Assembly: GCA_963796275.1 (NCBI GenBank)
Contig: CAWCKY010000003.1
Coordinates: forward strand, 800,001 to 864,000
Reading direction: 5' to 3'
DNA: 64,000 bases
Source: an uncultured Acidobacteriota bacterium
GTDB lineage: Bacteria; Acidobacteriota; Blastocatellia; RBC074
Shown: one piece after another, positions 60,436 through 64,000 of the stretch
Layout of the letters: every line of letters begins with the position of its first letter
Numbering within the stretch: the stretch's first letter is position 1
Translations under genes and position numbers: made by a program
The notes under the pieces: model-generated
What the model was told of the DNA's origin: nothing
Databases searched by the model: none
Seen by the model: only the letters and a program-made list of their open reading frames with translations

Positions 60436-60960
60436 ATGAATTCAAATAGAGAAAGAACCGATAAGGAAACGGAATCGAAGAGGGGTGAAGGGCCGGGGTC
60501 GAACCACTTCAACCAGGATTTCGATGCGGAGTCTTTCGAACTCTCATCCCGTCGCACTGGTTTATCGTTCCAGCGCACGCGAATGAGCGCCGACCGGACA
60601 TTGATGTCGGTAATTCGCACATCGCTCTCATTGATCGGCTTCGGCTTCACGATCTACCAATTTTTTCGCTTTCTGCGCGAGACGGCCGGTGCGACGCATA
60701 TGGTTCCGGTAAGCGCAGCGCGCAACTTCGGGCTTGCCCTCATAACACTGGGTGTCGCGATGCTCCTGCTGGGAATTGTGTACCATTTCAGATTCATGTA
60801 CGAATTGAGGGCCGAGCGGCATATGATGGTTGAACAGAGACTTGTCCACGGTGAGTTGTCATATCCCGTCTCGCTGACGCTGATTACAGCACTTGTTCTG
60901 CTGCTGATAGGTTTGATCGCTATCTTCAGTATGTTGGGAAGGGCGGGCCCGTTCCACTGA
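60436..60960 (+). CDS. DUF202 / YidH family membrane protein
   Basis: RTRMSADRTLMSVIRTSLSLIGFGFTI. Confidence 0.88.
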   Translation: MNSNRERTDKETESKRGEGPGSNHFNQDFDAESFELSSRRTGLSFQRTRMSADRTLMSVIRTSLSLIGFGFTIYQFFRFLRETAGATHMVPVSAARNFGLALITLGVAMLLLGIVYHFRFMYELRAERHMMVEQRLVHGELSYPVSLTLITALVLLLIGLIAIFSMLGRAGPFH

Positions 60961-61108
60961 AAAGTTCAGTTTCCAGGTTTCCGAATCAGCTCTAAGTGGT
61001 GACGGGAAAACGCCCGCGCCGGTATAAAGGTTTTATTTTTTAGTTTCAGCATTTAGATGTATTGTCTCGTCAGGCAATGAAGAATAGTATTTGAGCGAGG
61101 TAAAAATA

Positions 61109-62959
61109 ATGTCCCGATCTATCCAAAGCTCTGAAGTCCTCAAGCTGCTCAATGATGCCCAGATAGGGCGATATAAATATACGCCATCGCCCGCAGACTG
61201 GCGCGACCAGTGGATATACTTTCTCATAACCGACCGGTTCAATAACCCGCTGGCGCCGCCGCACGAGCAGTGGGATGCTCCTGTCGGATCATTCCAGGGC
61301 GGCACTTTCAATGGCATCCGTGAACAACTCGATTATCTTAAAGATCTCGGGGTCGGAGCGATCTGGATATCGCCGGTACTCAAGAACCCGCAGTATGACG
61401 TGTTTGCCCATCACGGTTACGGCGTACAGGATTTCCTGTCGATCGACCCTCGTTTCGCCTCAGATGTCGAGCGGGCCCGCCGGGAACGTGAGTTCGTAGA
61501 GGATGAACTCCGCCTGCTGATCGATGAGGCGCACGCGCGCGGTATCTATGTGATCTTCGATATCGTGCTCAACCACGTGGGCAACGTCTTCGCTTATGAA
61601 GGCGATCGCCACGATGCCCCCTGGCGCGATGACGGGCCTTATCAAATAATGTGGCGTGATGCACAGGGGCAGGCGAGCGCTGAATGGAATTCACCGCCTG
61701 CGATTGATGACATATCGCCCGATGCATTGATCTGGCCGGTCGAGCTGCAGCACAACGAATACTATCGCCGTATGGGTAATGCTTTCTCCCGTCCGATCGA
61801 TATACACGAACAGGCCGGAGACTTCTACGCCCTCAAAGAGTTGAACACAGCTTATCTCCAGCCGCACGCGGTCTATGGCATCTCACATCCGGTGCGCGCG
61901 ATCCTGATCACCGCGCATCAATATCTCATGGCAAAATTTGACATCGATGGCTTCCGCATCGACACGCTGAAATATCTCGAGCCGGATTTCGCGTCCGAGT
62001 TCGGATCGGCGATCCGCGAATACGCGCTGACCATCGGCAAGAAAAATTTCTTCACCTTCGGTGAAGTCTACGATCAGGAGGAGAAGATCGCGCGTTTCAT
62101 TGGTCGCAACGCCAACGCGGATGGCGACCTCATCGGCGTAGACGCTGCCCTGGACTTTCCCTTATTTTTCAAGCTGCCTGCACTTTCCAAAGGGCAACTC
62201 GCGCCGGGCGAAATAGCTTATATGTTTCAGCAGCGCAGGCGTGTGACTCAGTCCCTGATCAGCTCCCAGGGGGAGGCTAGCGGCTACTTCGTCACCTTTA
62301 TCGATAATCACGATCAGCACAACCGCATACATTACGTCGATCCGGTTGATCCGCATCGCTACGATGACCAGGTGACCCTCGCGCTGGCTTGCATGTTCAC
62401 GCTTCAGGGTATCCCGTGCCTGTATTACGGCACCGAGCAGGGACTTAGCGGTAACGGGGACAGGCCGGAATACGTGCGCGAGGCGCTATGGGGCAAAGCA
62501 AACGCCTTCGATCAATATCATCCGTTCTACCGAACGATCCAGCAACTTTCAGAAATACGATTGAAACGGCCCGTAATACGCTACGGGAGGCAGTACTTTC
62601 GCCAGGTCTCCGGCGATGGCGTAAACTTCGGCATTTCGAACTACGCCAATGGAATACTCGCCTATTCACGTGTGTTGTCAGATCTGGAAGCGATCGTGAT
62701 TGCCAATACAAACATCAGGGATGGGTGGTCAGGTAAGGTTATTGTTGATTATACGCTGTGGGCGGGTGAGTTCACGTATGAATTGCTCTTCAGCAACAAG
62801 CGATCGAGCGAGCGTGTTTATCCTATCCCCGCTATCGAGATGCCACAAGGCACAATACAGGTCAGCAAACTCAGCGGCGAAATCACAAACGGTCCGGCGC
62901 GCGTCATCGATGTGGAACTCTTGCCCGGCGAGGTTCAGATCTGGAGCAAAGGCCTCTAA
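61109..62959 (+). CDS. GH13 alpha-amylase family glycosidase
   Basis: DIVLNH, FRIDTLK (nucleophile), FGEVY, FIDNHD, GIPCLYYG. Confidence 0.93.
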   Translation: MSRSIQSSEVLKLLNDAQIGRYKYTPSPADWRDQWIYFLITDRFNNPLAPPHEQWDAPVGSFQGGTFNGIREQLDYLKDLGVGAIWISPVLKNPQYDVFAHHGYGVQDFLSIDPRFASDVERARREREFVEDELRLLIDEAHARGIYVIFDIVLNHVGNVFAYEGDRHDAPWRDDGPYQIMWRDAQGQASAEWNSPPAIDDISPDALIWPVELQHNEYYRRMGNAFSRPIDIHEQAGDFYALKELNTAYLQPHAVYGISHPVRAILITAHQYLMAKFDIDGFRIDTLKYLEPDFASEFGSAIREYALTIGKKNFFTFGEVYDQEEKIARFIGRNANADGDLIGVDAALDFPLFFKLPALSKGQLAPGEIAYMFQQRRRVTQSLISSQGEASGYFVTFIDNHDQHNRIHYVDPVDPHRYDDQVTLALACMFTLQGIPCLYYGTEQGLSGNGDRPEYVREALWGKANAFDQYHPFYRTIQQLSEIRLKRPVIRYGRQYFRQVSGDGVNFGISNYANGILAYSRVLSDLEAIVIANTNIRDGWSGKVIVDYTLWAGEFTYELLFSNKRSSERVYPIPAIEMPQGTIQVSKLSGEITNGPARVIDVELLPGEVQIWSKGL

Positions 62960-63125
62960 AGTAAATCGAACGATGTCGGAGCTTTTGTAGTGCAGCCGGA
63001 CGGCGCTCTCCTCCCAGCCTGGCGAATGTTCTTTCCCGAAACGCGGGGAAAGCGGCGTGAGCTCCTACACTCCGAGCCCCTTTACCCAACGTTTATTCAA
63101 GATCGCAGTGAGCTTCGAGACCGAT

Positions 63126-64000
63126 ATGAAAGCGCTGCTGCTCGCCGCTACCATACTATTGTCACTCGCCTGGCAGCAGTCGCCACCCCAGACCAGACAA
63201 CCGCCACCTCCCGCCCCTGATAAACAGGGGCCGACGCTTGAAGTCGAAGAGGTTATTTTTGAAGGAAACCAGGTCCTTCACCAGCGCGGAGTTGAAACGT
63301 CAATTGCACCTCGTCGGCGAAGATGTACTGTTGCGGGGATTCGGCCGCCGCAACTCTTACACGCGCGAGCGATTTCAGGCAGACGCCGCGAGTCTTCTGA
63401 GATATATGACCGGCCGGGGCTACCTCAGAGCCTCGATAGGCGAGCCGAAGATACGATTCATCAATATCGAGGATGCCGCACGGACGAGCGGCGGCGTCCC
63501 CATACGCCTGATCATTCCAGTCACCGAAGGTTATCTGCACAGGCTCGGGAACCTGATGGTGCGCGATGGCGCCGTGCTCACGAACGAACAGGCGCGCGCG
63601 CTGTTCCCCATCAAAACGGGAGACGTGATCGACGCCGGCCTGATGGACGATGTGTTAAATCGCATGCGCATTTATTATGGGCGCCTGGGGCACCTGCAAT
63701 TCGCTCCCACCATCGATTTCAAGTTTGCGCCCCCCGTTAAAGGCGAATCGGTGACTGACATCACGATCACGCTCAATGAAGGGAAGAGATTCACACTGGG
63801 GCGGCTCGAATTCAGTGGCAATCGCCGAACACTTGACCTGCCGCTACGCCGCATGATCCCGCTCACCGAGGGCGATTATTTCGATTACGCGATGCTGGAA
63901 ACGGGCATCAACCGTCTCAACCGTACGAATCTCTTCGACCCGATTACGCCTGCCGATGCGATCATCACTTACGATCAGGCGCGCGGCGCCGCCGACGTCG
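63126..64000 (+). CDS. POTRA-domain (BamA-like periplasmic) protein, +1 frameshift near 63276, runs off the right edge
   Basis: Signal peptide; VEEVIFEGNQV, then the shifted frame FTSAELKR..GRGYL..VTEG..LEFSGNRRT..LRR..EGDYF is open to the window end. Confidence 0.8.

Noticed and set aside
63277-63740. Arg-rich C-terminus of the 63057 ORF
   Set aside because: Wrong-frame read-through after the indel; the +1 frame encodes POTRA repeats

Overview
Bacterial chromosomal window. Gene content suggests a diderm organism, probably Acidobacteriota/Blastocatellia-like (inference). The left part (1-41.8 kb) is mostly core genes: hfq-tmk-holB, ffh-rpsP-khpA-rimM-trmD-rplS, recX, yebC, a SorAB-like sulfite dehydrogenase pair, ogg, a PIN toxin-antitoxin pair, dps, a TonB-dependent receptor and ada. 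The right part (42.3-64 kb) is an all-plus-strand accessory block: a sigma-54 activator, a sigma-54 promoter, aqpZ, two DUF202 genes, a DUF1254/1214 gene, two sulfatases, a HAD phosphatase, beta-barrels, a GH13 enzyme and a POTRA protein. Most notable: (1) a Firmicutes-type RecU resolvase directly after yebC, where ruvC usually lies; (2) a sensor-less sigma-54 activator with an adjacent -24/-12 promoter heading the sulfatase block; (3) a stand-alone HemN-like radical SAM plus halogenase-like flavoprotein pair; (4) a REPIN-like element splitting rimM-trmD. Five genes carry single-base frameshifts, most likely assembly errors. No tRNA, rRNA, CRISPR, integrase or transposase was recognised. All family calls come from motif recognition by eye, not from database searches.
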